DNA from: Candidatus Eiseniibacteriota bacterium
Lineage (GTDB): Bacteria; Eisenbacteria; RBG-16-71-46
NCBI GenBank assembly: GCA_044222065.1
Contig: JBGAOA010000022.1
Coordinates: forward strand, 1-36,582
Length of the DNA stretch: 36,582 bases
Reading direction: 5' to 3'
Shown here: positions 17,526 to 26,301 of the stretch, piece after piece
Numbering within the stretch: position 1 is the first letter of the stretch
How the letters are laid out: each line of letters opens with the position of its first letter
Translations under genes and position numbers: made by a program
Notes under the pieces: generated by a model
What the model was told of the DNA's origin: nothing
Database searches by the model: none
Seen by the model: only the letters and a program-made list of their open reading frames with translations

Positions 17526-19181
17526 TTACGCCGTGTCGCTCGCGAGCGGGGCGAGCATCTCGCGCCACTCGAGCTGGCGGCGCGGCAGTGCGCTGAGCGG
17601 ATCGCACTCGAGCGCGGCCGCGAACTCGCGGTCGGCTTCGGCCGCGCGGCCGAGCGCGAGCAGCGCCCAGCCGAGATCGGCGCGCGCGCCGCCGAAGCGC
17701 GGGTGACGTTCGAGCGCCCCACGCAGCGCGCGCTCCGCTCCGGCCGCGTCGCCGCCGAGGAGCCGCGTGCGTCCGAGCAGCGCGAGCGCGTCGGGCCAGT
17801 CGGGGTGCCGCTCGGTGACGCCCGCGAGCAGCGCCTCGGCGTCGGTCCAGCGCCCGCGCTCGACCTCGATCGCGGCGAGTTCGAAGGCGGCCGCGTCGTA
17901 CTCGGGCTGGAGCACGAGCGCGGCGCGATAGGCGGTCGCGGCCCCCTCGAGGTCGCCGCGCGCGCGGCGCGCGCGTCCGAGCGCGAGACGCAGGTCCGGG
18001 TAGGCCGGCTGCACGGCGATCGCTCGTGCGAGTTCGTTCTCGGCGCCCTCGAACTCGCCGACCGCGAGCAGCAGCGACGCGCGCTCGGCGGACGCCGCCG
18101 GCACCTCGCGATCGCGCGCGAACCCGCGGCGCACGGCGCGCAGCGCGTCGTCCGTGCGGCCGAGCGCGAAGTACAGCAGCCCGAGCAGCCGCTGCGCGCG
18201 CGCGAACTGGCGGTTCAGCTCGACCGCGCGTTCGAGCGGCAGGAGCGCGCCCTCGAAATCGCCCGCGCGGAAACGCGCGAGTCCGAGCCAGAAGTGCAGG
18301 TCCGGGTACTCGGGGAAGATCGCGAGCGCCGCCTCGACGTGCGCCGCCGCCTCGCGCGCGCGCGCCAGCTCGAGTTCGGCGCGCGCCGCGAGCAGCCGCG
18401 CCTCGAGGTAGCGCGGGTTCACGCGCAGCGCCGCCTCGAGGTGCTGGAGCGCCTCGCCGGCGCGCCCGGCCTCGAGCAGGAGACCGCCGAGCCGGCAGCG
18501 CAGGTCCGGGTAGCCCGGCTGGTCGCGGACGGCGTCCGCGAGTTCTCCGATCGAGCCGTCCAGGTCGCCGTGGTGGTAGCGATCGAGCGCGCGGTCCACG
18601 CGCTCCGACTGCTCGGCCCGCGCCGGCACGCGCTCGGAACCGACGAGCCGCGCCCAGTCGCCGGCGGCCCACTCCGCGGGCTTGCCCGCGGCGAGGTCGC
18701 CGGGCAGCTCGAAGCCCAGCTCGAGCGCGCGCGTGAGAGCCGCGTCGGCCTCGTCGGGTTTCGACTCCCCCGCCCGGCACACCGCGAGCAGCAGCCAGGC
18801 CTCGAGGTACTTCGGCTGCTGCGCGAGCGCGACCTCGAGATCCTCGACCGCGTCCTTCCAGCGGCCGAAGCGCTCGTGCACGCGCGCGCGGTAGTAGCGC
18901 AGGTCGGGGAAGCGCGGATTCTCGTCGAGCGCCTTCGTGAAGTGCTCGCCCGCGCGCTCGAACTGGCCCGCGTGGAAGCACGCGAGCCCGAGGTGGGCCC
19001 GCGCTTCCGCCGCGTAGCAGCGCGCGAGACTCCAGTCCGGATCGCTCGGATCGCGGACTTCGGCGAGCGCGGCCTCGAACGCCTCGGCCGCGCCCTCGAA
19101 CTCTCCGCGATTGAAGTGCAGCATGCCGCGCCGGTAGTGGCGGTTGTGCCCCCACCGGAGCAGCGCCGACAGCAGCGCCAC
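17526..19181 (-). CDS. Multi-TPR protein (about 551 aa), last gene of the dcw cluster
   Basis: Repeats of about 34 aa with turns NPRFPDL, QPKYLEA, QPGYPDL, NPRYLEA, FPEYPDL, QPAYPDL, HPDWPDA. GTG at 19181 has a GGGAG RBS and lies 14 nt after the ftsZ stop. Confidence 0.87.
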   Translation of the reverse strand: MALLSALLRWGHNRHYRRGMLHFNRGEFEGAAEAFEAALAEVRDPSDPDWSLARCYAAEARAHLGLACFHAGQFERAGEHFTKALDENPRFPDLRYYRARVHERFGRWKDAVEDLEVALAQQPKYLEAWLLLAVCRAGESKPDEADAALTRALELGFELPGDLAAGKPAEWAAGDWARLVGSERVPARAEQSERVDRALDRYHHGDLDGSIGELADAVRDQPGYPDLRCRLGGLLLEAGRAGEALQHLEAALRVNPRYLEARLLAARAELELARAREAAAHVEAALAIFPEYPDLHFWLGLARFRAGDFEGALLPLERAVELNRQFARAQRLLGLLYFALGRTDDALRAVRRGFARDREVPAASAERASLLLAVGEFEGAENELARAIAVQPAYPDLRLALGRARRARGDLEGAATAYRAALVLQPEYDAAAFELAAIEVERGRWTDAEALLAGVTERHPDWPDALALLGRTRLLGGDAAGAERALRGALERHPRFGGARADLGWALLALGRAAEADREFAAALECDPLSALPRRQLEWREMLAPLASDTA

Positions 19182-19195
19182 GGCCGCGCTCCCGC

Positions 19196-20350
19196 TCAGT
19201 CCATCTGCCGCCGGAGGAACGTCGGGACCTCCAGCGAAGACTCCTTGCGGCCCCACCGGCTGCCGCGCTCCTCGCGCCGCCAGGGCGCCGGGTGGCGCAG
19301 GTCGCCGCCGTCCGCGGCCGGCGCGTCGCCGTTCGCGGCCGCCGCGGCCGCCGTCGTCGCGCGGTTGCGCTCGATCAGCGAGAGCCGCGGTTCGCGGTGG
19401 CCGAAGCCGGTCGCGACGACGGTGATCTGCATCTCGCCGTCCATGTTCGGATCGATGACCGCGCCGAAGATCACGTTCGCGTCGTCGCCGGCCGCCTGCA
19501 CGACGACGCCGGCGGCCTCGTTCACCTCGTGCAGCGACAGGTCGCGGCCGCCGGTGATGTTGACGAGCACGCCCTCGGCGCCCGCGATCGAGACGTCTTC
19601 GAGCAGCGGGCTCGACACCGCGGCCTGCGCGGCCTCGACCGCGCGGTTCGCGCCGCTCGCGCGGCCCGTGCCCATGAGCGCGTTTCCGCGGTTCGACATC
19701 ACGGCCTTCACGTCGGCGAAGTCGAGGTTCACGATGCCCGGGACCGTGACGAGGTCCGAGACGCCCTTCGTGGCCTTGAGCAGCACCTCGTCGCAGACGT
19801 TGAACGCATCGTTCAGCGACGTGCCGCGCTCGACGACCGACAGCAGGCGCTCGTTCGGGATCACGATCAGCGTGTCCACTTCGGCGCGCAGTTCGGCGAG
19901 GCCTTCCTCGGCCTGGCGCATGCGGCGCCGCCCCTCGAACACGAACGGCTTCGTCACGACCGCGACGGTGAGCGCGCCCATCTGCTTCGCGATGCGCGCG
20001 ACGACCGGCGCCGAGCCCGTGCCCGTGCCGCCGCCCATGCCGGCGGTGATGAACACCATGTCGCTGTCGGCGAGCGAGTCGGCGATCATCTGCTCGTCCT
20101 CTTCGGCCGACCGGCGGCCCTGCGTCGGATCGCCGCCCGAGCCCAGGCCCTTCGTCGTGTTCACGCCGATCTGCAGCCGGTTCGGCGCGAGCGACTGGTT
20201 GAGCGCCTGCATGTCGGTATTCGCGACGATGAAGTCCACGCCGCGCAGTCCCGCCCCGATCATGCGGTTCACGGCGTTTCCGCCGGCGCCGCCACAGCCG
20301 ATGACCTTCAGCTTCGCGGTGTTCGTCGTTTCGATTTCGAGCTCGAACAT
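19196..20350 (-). CDS. ftsZ: Cell division GTPase FtsZ
   Basis: GCGGAGGNAVNRM, GGGTGTG, NLDFADV and C-terminal peptide LEVPTFLRRQMD; AGGGAG RBS. Confidence 0.98.
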   Translation of the reverse strand: MFELEIETTNTAKLKVIGCGGAGGNAVNRMIGAGLRGVDFIVANTDMQALNQSLAPNRLQIGVNTTKGLGSGGDPTQGRRSAEEDEQMIADSLADSDMVFITAGMGGGTGTGSAPVVARIAKQMGALTVAVVTKPFVFEGRRRMRQAEEGLAELRAEVDTLIVIPNERLLSVVERGTSLNDAFNVCDEVLLKATKGVSDLVTVPGIVNLDFADVKAVMSNRGNALMGTGRASGANRAVEAAQAAVSSPLLEDVSIAGAEGVLVNITGGRDLSLHEVNEAAGVVVQAAGDDANVIFGAVIDPNMDGEMQITVVATGFGHREPRLSLIERNRATTAAAAAANGDAPAADGGDLRHPAPWRREERGSRWGRKESSLEVPTFLRRQMD

Positions 20351-20552
20351 GGCACCACTCCCTGTGCCTTCCCCCCCGGGGTGCCGTCGCGTCCCTCGCG
20401 ACGCACTCCCCCGAACCCGGGTGGCGTCGGGGCCGGAAGGCCCCGGTTGCTGCGTTGCTCGCTCGCTCCTCCCTGCGGCGTGTCCAAGAGGGCACGCCTC
20501 GGTCGTCACTCGCTCGCGCCTTGCACTCGGGGCTTCCCGGCCCCGACGGCGC

Positions 20553-21782
20553 CTAGAACAGTTCGGCGAACCAGCGCCGCAGATCGAAGCGGCGCTTCTC
20601 GAGCTTCCGGTCGCGCGGCGCGTCGCCCGCGCCCTCGGCCAGCGCCGCGTGGAGCACGAGCCCCACGCCGGTCGCGTACCGCGGGTCGGCGACGTTGGCC
20701 GAGAGTCCCCCGAGTCCCTGGGGAACGCCCAGACGCACCGGCATCTCGAACACCTGCTCGGCCAGTTCGGCGACACCCGGCATCAACGACGTGCCGCCGG
20801 TCAGCACCACTCCGCCCCCGAGCAGTTCGGCGAAGTGGTTCTTCTTCACTTCCTTGTTGGCGAGCGCGAAGATCTCTTCCATTCGCGGCTCGATCATCGA
20901 GGACAGCACGTGGCGCGAGATCTCGCGGTCGCCGCGGCCGCCGACGCCCGACACGCTCACGGTCTCGTCGGCGCCGACGAGCGAGGCGAGCGCGCAGCCG
21001 TGCTGGATCTTGATCTGCTCGGCCTTGTCGATCGGCGTGCGCAGTCCGATCGCGATGTCGTTCGTGACGCTCGCGCCGCCGAACGGGATGATCGCCGTGT
21101 GGCGGATCGAGCCCTCGAAGAACACGGCCACGTCCGTCGTGCCGCCGCCGAGGTCGAGCAGCACGACGCCGAGGTCGCGCTCGTCGTCGCCGAGCACGGC
21201 GTGGCTCGAGGCGAGCGGTTCGAGCACGAGGTCCTGCACCTTGAGCCCGGAGCGCTGGATCGAGCGGCAGATGTTCTTCGCCGACGTGACGGCGCCGGTG
21301 ATGATGTGCACCTCGGCTTCGAGGCGCACGCCGCTCATTCCGATCGGGTCCTTGATGCCGTCCTGATCGTCCACGATGAACTCCTGCGGAATCACGTGGA
21401 TGATCTCGCGGTCGGTGGGGATCGCAATCGCCTTCGCGGCCTCGACGACGCGCTCCAGGTCGGCCGGGCCGATCTCGTTGTCCTTGCGCGAGACGGCGAT
21501 CACGCCGCGGCTGTTGATGCTACGGATGTGGTCGCCCGCGATGCCGGCCGTGACCGACTTCACGGGCACGCCGGCCATGCGCTCGGCCTCGTCCACGGCG
21601 CGCTGGATGCTCGCGACCGTCTTCTCGAGGTCCACGACGACGCCGCGGCGCAGGCCCTCGCTCGGCGCGTTTCCGACGCCGACGACGCGCAGCTCTCCCG
21701 TCCCGTTCTGGTCGGCGACGATGCAGGAGATCTTCGTCGTTCCGATGTCGAGACCGACGTACGTCCGTGACGCCTGACCCAT
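20553..21782 (-). CDS. ftsA: Cell division protein FtsA
   Basis: GLDIGTTKI, DLGGGTTD, VLTGG; C-terminal amphipathic helix DLRRWFAELF; GGAGGT RBS. Confidence 0.98.
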   Translation of the reverse strand: MGQASRTYVGLDIGTTKISCIVADQNGTGELRVVGVGNAPSEGLRRGVVVDLEKTVASIQRAVDEAERMAGVPVKSVTAGIAGDHIRSINSRGVIAVSRKDNEIGPADLERVVEAAKAIAIPTDREIIHVIPQEFIVDDQDGIKDPIGMSGVRLEAEVHIITGAVTSAKNICRSIQRSGLKVQDLVLEPLASSHAVLGDDERDLGVVLLDLGGGTTDVAVFFEGSIRHTAIIPFGGASVTNDIAIGLRTPIDKAEQIKIQHGCALASLVGADETVSVSGVGGRGDREISRHVLSSMIEPRMEEIFALANKEVKKNHFAELLGGGVVLTGGTSLMPGVAELAEQVFEMPVRLGVPQGLGGLSANVADPRYATGVGLVLHAALAEGAGDAPRDRKLEKRRFDLRRWFAELF

Positions 21783-21816
21783 GATGGGCTCACCTCCCTG
21801 TGAAGAATCTCGGCGG

Positions 21817-22635
21817 TCAGCTGCTCCGCGCGGGGTCCGCCTCCGTGGCGGGAACCGGCCGCACGATGACCTGTTGCTCGAATCGAAGATCGACTTCCTG
21901 CGCGAGGATTCCCCGATGCTTCAAGTCCGCCAGCACGACCCGGAGCGCCGAGAGCCGTCTCACGCCGGGGGGCCACGCCGGGGTCAGAACCCGGGTGCCG
22001 TCCATGAGCAGCAGCCCCGTCGAGTGCGGATTCGACACGTCCAGTTCCGAGACCGTCCCGGCGAGCTGCAGCTCGCGCGACGACAGCGCGCGCACCCACG
22101 CGAGCCCCCGCTGGACCTCGACTTCGCGCAGCGTCTCGCCGGCCTTCGACCGCGAGACGTCCACGCCGGTCAGCAGCGGCACGTCGGCCACCACTCCTTC
22201 CGTGAGTGGGGGAAGCAGCACGCCCGACGAGTCCACCTCCCACGGCATTCCGTGGTCCACGAGCAGCACCGGTTCGCGTTCCTCGATGTGGAGCACGAAA
22301 CGTCGCAGCCCTTCGCGGCGGACTTCGGCGCGGGCGATCCTCGGATCGGCGACAAGATGCCTGCGCGCGGCCGCAATGTCGAGCGAGAAGAGATCGGATC
22401 CGGCCCGGATCCCCGACGTCGCCGTCACGACCGAGGGCTCGAGGTAGCGCGCCCCCTCCACACGGACCGTGGAGACGACCGCGAACCGGCTCCGCAGCGA
22501 CCGCCACGGCAGCTGGAACAGCACCGCCACGAGCGCGAAGAGGCCGAGCATCACGAGCACGCGGCGCAGCTTCCTTCCGCCCCGCGGCCGCGACTCGTGC
22601 GCGGCGCGCAGCGCGCGTCCCTGGTAGAGGCTCAC
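21817..22635 (-). CDS. ftsQ: Cell division protein FtsQ/DivIB
   Basis: Basic N-terminus, one TM helix, POTRA domain (VRVEGARYL...IEEREP), C-terminal EVDLRFEQQVIVR. GTG overlaps the murC stop. Confidence 0.9.
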   Translation of the reverse strand: MSLYQGRALRAAHESRPRGGRKLRRVLVMLGLFALVAVLFQLPWRSLRSRFAVVSTVRVEGARYLEPSVVTATSGIRAGSDLFSLDIAAARRHLVADPRIARAEVRREGLRRFVLHIEEREPVLLVDHGMPWEVDSSGVLLPPLTEGVVADVPLLTGVDVSRSKAGETLREVEVQRGLAWVRALSSRELQLAGTVSELDVSNPHSTGLLLMDGTRVLTPAWPPGVRRLSALRVVLADLKHRGILAQEVDLRFEQQVIVRPVPATEADPARSS

Positions 22636-24026
22636 GAAGCCTTCCCTCCCGTCGCCGCGGCCGCGCCGAGCTTCCGCAGGGCGTCGTCCGCGAGCTTCCA
22701 CACGTCGCCCGCGCCGAGCGTCAGCACGAGATCCCCCGCGCGCGCCGCCTCGGTCGCCGCCGCCACAGCCTTCGCGCCGTCGGGCTCGAAGACGACGTGA
22801 CGCGCGCCCGCGGCGTGCGCCGCCTCGACGATCGTGCGGCCCGAGACGCCGGCGATCGGCGCCTCTCCGGCCGCGTACACGTCCAGCACCCACACGCGGT
22901 CGGCGTCCGCGAAGCACCCGCCGAACTCGGCCGCGAGCGCCTGCGTGCGGCTGAAGCGGTGCGGCTGGAACACGACGAGCGCCCGCCCGCCGAGCGTCTT
23001 CGCGGCCGCGAGCGTCGCGGCGATCTCGGTCGGATGGTGGCCGTAGTCGTCCACGACGCGCACGCCGTTCACCTCGCCGCGCGATTCGAAGCGGCGCCCG
23101 ACGCCGCGGAACGACTGCAGCGCGTCCTGCACGTGCGCGAAGCCGATCTCGACCTCCAGTCCGACCGCGACCGCGGCGAGCGCGTTGAGCACGTTGTGCC
23201 GCCCGGGCACGTGCAGCTCGATGTCGCCGAGGACGCGGCCGAACGACTCGACGGTGAAGCGCGAACCGCCCGGCACGAGGCGCACGTCGAGCGCGCGCAC
23301 GTTCGCGTCGGGGGCCGTGCCGTACAGCGTCGGCCGCTTCGTCACGCGCGGCAGGATCGAGCGCACGTTCGGATCGTCGAGGCACAGGATCGTCACGCCG
23401 TAGAACGGCACGCGGTTCGCGAAATACACGAACGCCTGCCGGATCTCGTCGAGGTCGCGGTAGTGGTCGAGGTGCTCGCGGTCGATGTTCGTGATCACCG
23501 TGACCGCCGGCGCGAGCCGCAGGAAGCTGCCGTCGCTCTCGTCCGCCTCGGCGACGAGGAACTGCCCGTGGCCGAGCTTGGCGTTCGTGCCGAGCGCCTG
23601 GAGCCGGCCGCCGACGACGATCGTCGGGTCGAGTCCACCGCGCGCGAGCACGGCGGCGATCATCGAAGTCGTCGTGGTCTTGCCGTGCGAGCCGCCGACC
23701 GCGACGCCGTACTTCATGCGCATCAGCTCCGCGAGCATTTCGGCGCGCCCGATGACCGGCAGGCCCGCCGCCTTCGCCGCGACCATCTCGGGATTGTCCG
23801 GCTTGACGGCGCTCGAGTAGACGACGACCTGCGCGCCCTCGACGTTCGCCGCCTCGTGTCCGAAGAACACGCGTCCGCCGAGTCGCACGAGCCGGTCCGT
23901 CACGTCCGTCGGCTTGAGGTCGCTGCCCGAGACCTGGTAGCCCATGTTGAGCAGCACCTCGGCGATGCCCGACATGCCCGAGCCGCCGATGCCGATGAAG
24001 TGCAGCCGGTGCGTGCGCCCGTACAT
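22632..24026 (-). CDS. murC: UDP-N-acetylmuramate--L-alanine ligase
   Basis: HFIGIGGSGMSG, GSHGKTTTT, EADESDGSF, DDYGHHPTE, FQPHRFSRT. Confidence 0.98.
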   Translation of the reverse strand: MYGRTHRLHFIGIGGSGMSGIAEVLLNMGYQVSGSDLKPTDVTDRLVRLGGRVFFGHEAANVEGAQVVVYSSAVKPDNPEMVAAKAAGLPVIGRAEMLAELMRMKYGVAVGGSHGKTTTTSMIAAVLARGGLDPTIVVGGRLQALGTNAKLGHGQFLVAEADESDGSFLRLAPAVTVITNIDREHLDHYRDLDEIRQAFVYFANRVPFYGVTILCLDDPNVRSILPRVTKRPTLYGTAPDANVRALDVRLVPGGSRFTVESFGRVLGDIELHVPGRHNVLNALAAVAVGLEVEIGFAHVQDALQSFRGVGRRFESRGEVNGVRVVDDYGHHPTEIAATLAAAKTLGGRALVVFQPHRFSRTQALAAEFGGCFADADRVWVLDVYAAGEAPIAGVSGRTIVEAAHAAGARHVVFEPDGAKAVAAATEAARAGDLVLTLGAGDVWKLADDALRKLGAAAATGGKAS

Positions 24027-25165
24027 CAGACGCCTCCGTCCTCGTAGGACTCGATCGGCACCTCGTTCACCGTGCCGAGGGCCCAGCGCTCGAGGCTCTT
24101 CGCGATGCGCTCGGCGGCGTCGGGGCGCGCGAACAGCCGCGCGTTCGCCGACAGCCGCGACAGCAGCTGGCGATCGGCGAGGTAGTGCGCGATCTCCTTC
24201 GCGAGCCGGTCGCCCGTCAGGTCGCGGTCGAGGATCATCGCCGCGGCGCCGCGGTCGACGAGGTTGCTCGCGTTCACGACCTGGTGGTTGTGCGCGGCGA
24301 ACGGGTACGGCACGAGCACCGCCGGCGTGCCGCACACCGCGATCTCGGCCAGCGTCATCGCTCCCGAACGGCACACGACGAGGTCGGCGGCCGCGTAGGC
24401 CTGGTGGATGCGCTGCAGGAACGGCATCACCTTCGCGGGCAGCGTCTCGGTCTCGACCGCGGTCTTCATGCGCTCGAAGTCCTCGCGGCCCGTCTGCAGG
24501 ATGAACTGCACGTCCACGCGGCCCTGGAGCTTGCGCATCGCCTCGAGCGCCGCTTCGTTGATGCGCTTCGCGCCGCGGCTCCCGCCGAACACGAACACGG
24601 TCGGCTTGCCGGCCTGAAGCCCGAACTCGGCGAGCGCGCTCGCGCGATCGCCGGACAGGATGTGCGCCCGCACGGGATTCCCGCTGATCTTCAGGTTGTC
24701 CTTGCGCGCGAAGTACGACCGCGCCTCGACGAACGACAGGTGCACTTCGTCGGCGACGCGCGCGAGCCAGCGGTTCGCGAGCCCGGGAATGCTGTTCTGC
24801 TCCTGGATCAGGAGCGGACGGCGCAGCAGCCAGGCCGCGAACGACACCGGACCGCTCACGTAGCCGCCCGTTCCGAGCACGGCGTCGGGCCGCTCGGTGA
24901 GCACGATCCACAGCGCGGCCACGAAGCCGAACGCGTTGACGACGATGGATTCGGGCCAGCGCCACCACTGGCGGCGCGGGAAGCCGCGGGTCGGGATGTA
25001 GCGGATCGGGAAGCCGGCCTGCGGCACGGCCGTGGATTCGAGCCCGCGCTTGCCGCCGACGAAGAACACTTTCGCCTCCGGCGTGCGGCGCTTCAGTTCC
25101 TCGGCGACGGCGATGCCCGGGAACACGTGCCCGCCCGTGCCGCCGCCGGCGATCAGGATCTTCAT
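24026..25165 (-). CDS. murG: Lipid II GlcNAc transferase MurG
   Basis: AGGGTGGHVFP, GTGGYVS, EQNSIPGLAN, GGSRGA, HQVVNA. Confidence 0.98.
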   Translation of the reverse strand: MKILIAGGGTGGHVFPGIAVAEELKRRTPEAKVFFVGGKRGLESTAVPQAGFPIRYIPTRGFPRRQWWRWPESIVVNAFGFVAALWIVLTERPDAVLGTGGYVSGPVSFAAWLLRRPLLIQEQNSIPGLANRWLARVADEVHLSFVEARSYFARKDNLKISGNPVRAHILSGDRASALAEFGLQAGKPTVFVFGGSRGAKRINEAALEAMRKLQGRVDVQFILQTGREDFERMKTAVETETLPAKVMPFLQRIHQAYAAADLVVCRSGAMTLAEIAVCGTPAVLVPYPFAAHNHQVVNASNLVDRGAAAMILDRDLTGDRLAKEIAHYLADRQLLSRLSANARLFARPDAAERIAKSLERWALGTVNEVPIESYEDGGV

Positions 25166-26301
25166 GCGCCCTCCCGCGACCAGCGCTGACGCGCGAGGGC
25201 CTCGTCGGCGCCGTTCGAGGCGCTGATTCGGTAGAGCAGTCCCGCCGCCATGAGGTTCGCGACGAGGGCCGAGCCGCCGAACGACACGTACGGCAGCGGC
25301 AGGCCGGTCGTCGGCGCGAGCCCCGTCGCGACGGCGAGGTTGGCGAGTGCGTAGAGACCGAGTTGCAAGGTGAGTCCTCCCGCGAGGAGCGACAGGAACG
25401 GATCGGCGGCGCGCGCGGCGACGCGCATGCCCCGCCAGACGAGCAGCGCGAACAGCGAGAACAGCACCGTCGCGCCGAAGAAGCCGGTCTCCTCCGCCAT
25501 CACGGAGAAGATGAAGTCGGTGTGCGCCTCGGGCAGGAACAGGTACTTCTGCAGTCCCGCCCCGATGCCGCGGCCGAACCAGCCGCCCGAGCCGATCGCG
25601 ATCAGCGACTGGTCGAGCTGCCAGCCCGCCCCGCGGGATTCGAGTTCGCCGCTCACGAGGTAGCGCACGAACGTCTGGAAGCGCTCCATCTGGTACGGAT
25701 GCGTGAGCAGCGCGACGGTCACGAACGCCGCGCCCGCGAGCACGGGGATCGCGAGGTGGCGCATCCGCGCGCCCGCGAAGAACAGCAGCCCGAAGCCGGT
25801 CATGCCGAGCAGGCCCGCGCTCGACAGGTTCGGCTGCAGCAGGATGAGCCCCGACAGCACGCCGACGATGCCGAGCGGCAGCATCGTGCCGCGCCAGAAA
25901 CCGTGTTCGGCGGGCGGGCGGCGCTTGAGCCACCACGCCACGAAGAGGACGGCGGCGAGGCGCGCGAGGTCGGTCGGCTGGATGCTCAGCATGCCGATCG
26001 AGAGCCAGCGCGAGGCGCCCTTCGCGACGTGCCCCGCCACGATCACGGCCACGAGCAGCGCCGACGCGATGCCGAGCAGCCACGGCGCCGCGCGCTCGAG
26101 CCAGCGCAGGTTCACGCGGCTGCACACGAACAGCGCGATCAGGCCGAGGGCCGCGCGCTGCACCTGCGCGATCAGGAAGTAGTCCGCGCCCTTCGACTTC
26201 GCCATGAGCGCGAAGATGGACCCGGCCGAGTACACCATCACGAGTCCGATCGCCGTGAGCAGCAGCGGCAGCGCCACGAGCCAGCGGTCCCCGCGCCTCA
26301 T
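25162..26301 (-). CDS. ftsW: SEDS peptidoglycan polymerase FtsW
   Basis: KGASRW, IQPTD, LQPNLSS, LPEAHTDFIFS, GLPLPYVSFGGS. Confidence 0.95.
   Translation of the reverse strand: MRRGDRWLVALPLLLTAIGLVMVYSAGSIFALMAKSKGADYFLIAQVQRAALGLIALFVCSRVNLRWLERAAPWLLGIASALLVAVIVAGHVAKGASRWLSIGMLSIQPTDLARLAAVLFVAWWLKRRPPAEHGFWRGTMLPLGIVGVLSGLILLQPNLSSAGLLGMTGFGLLFFAGARMRHLAIPVLAGAAFVTVALLTHPYQMERFQTFVRYLVSGELESRGAGWQLDQSLIAIGSGGWFGRGIGAGLQKYLFLPEAHTDFIFSVMAEETGFFGATVLFSLFALLVWRGMRVAARAADPFLSLLAGGLTLQLGLYALANLAVATGLAPTTGLPLPYVSFGGSALVANLMAAGLLYRISASNGADEALARQRWSREGA

Noticed and set aside
17454..21770. 1438-aa plus-strand ORF and similar long Arg/Ala-rich ORFs (1365-4181, 10852-14403, 31438-34596)
   Set aside because: Shadow frames of well-supported genes in very GC-rich DNA.
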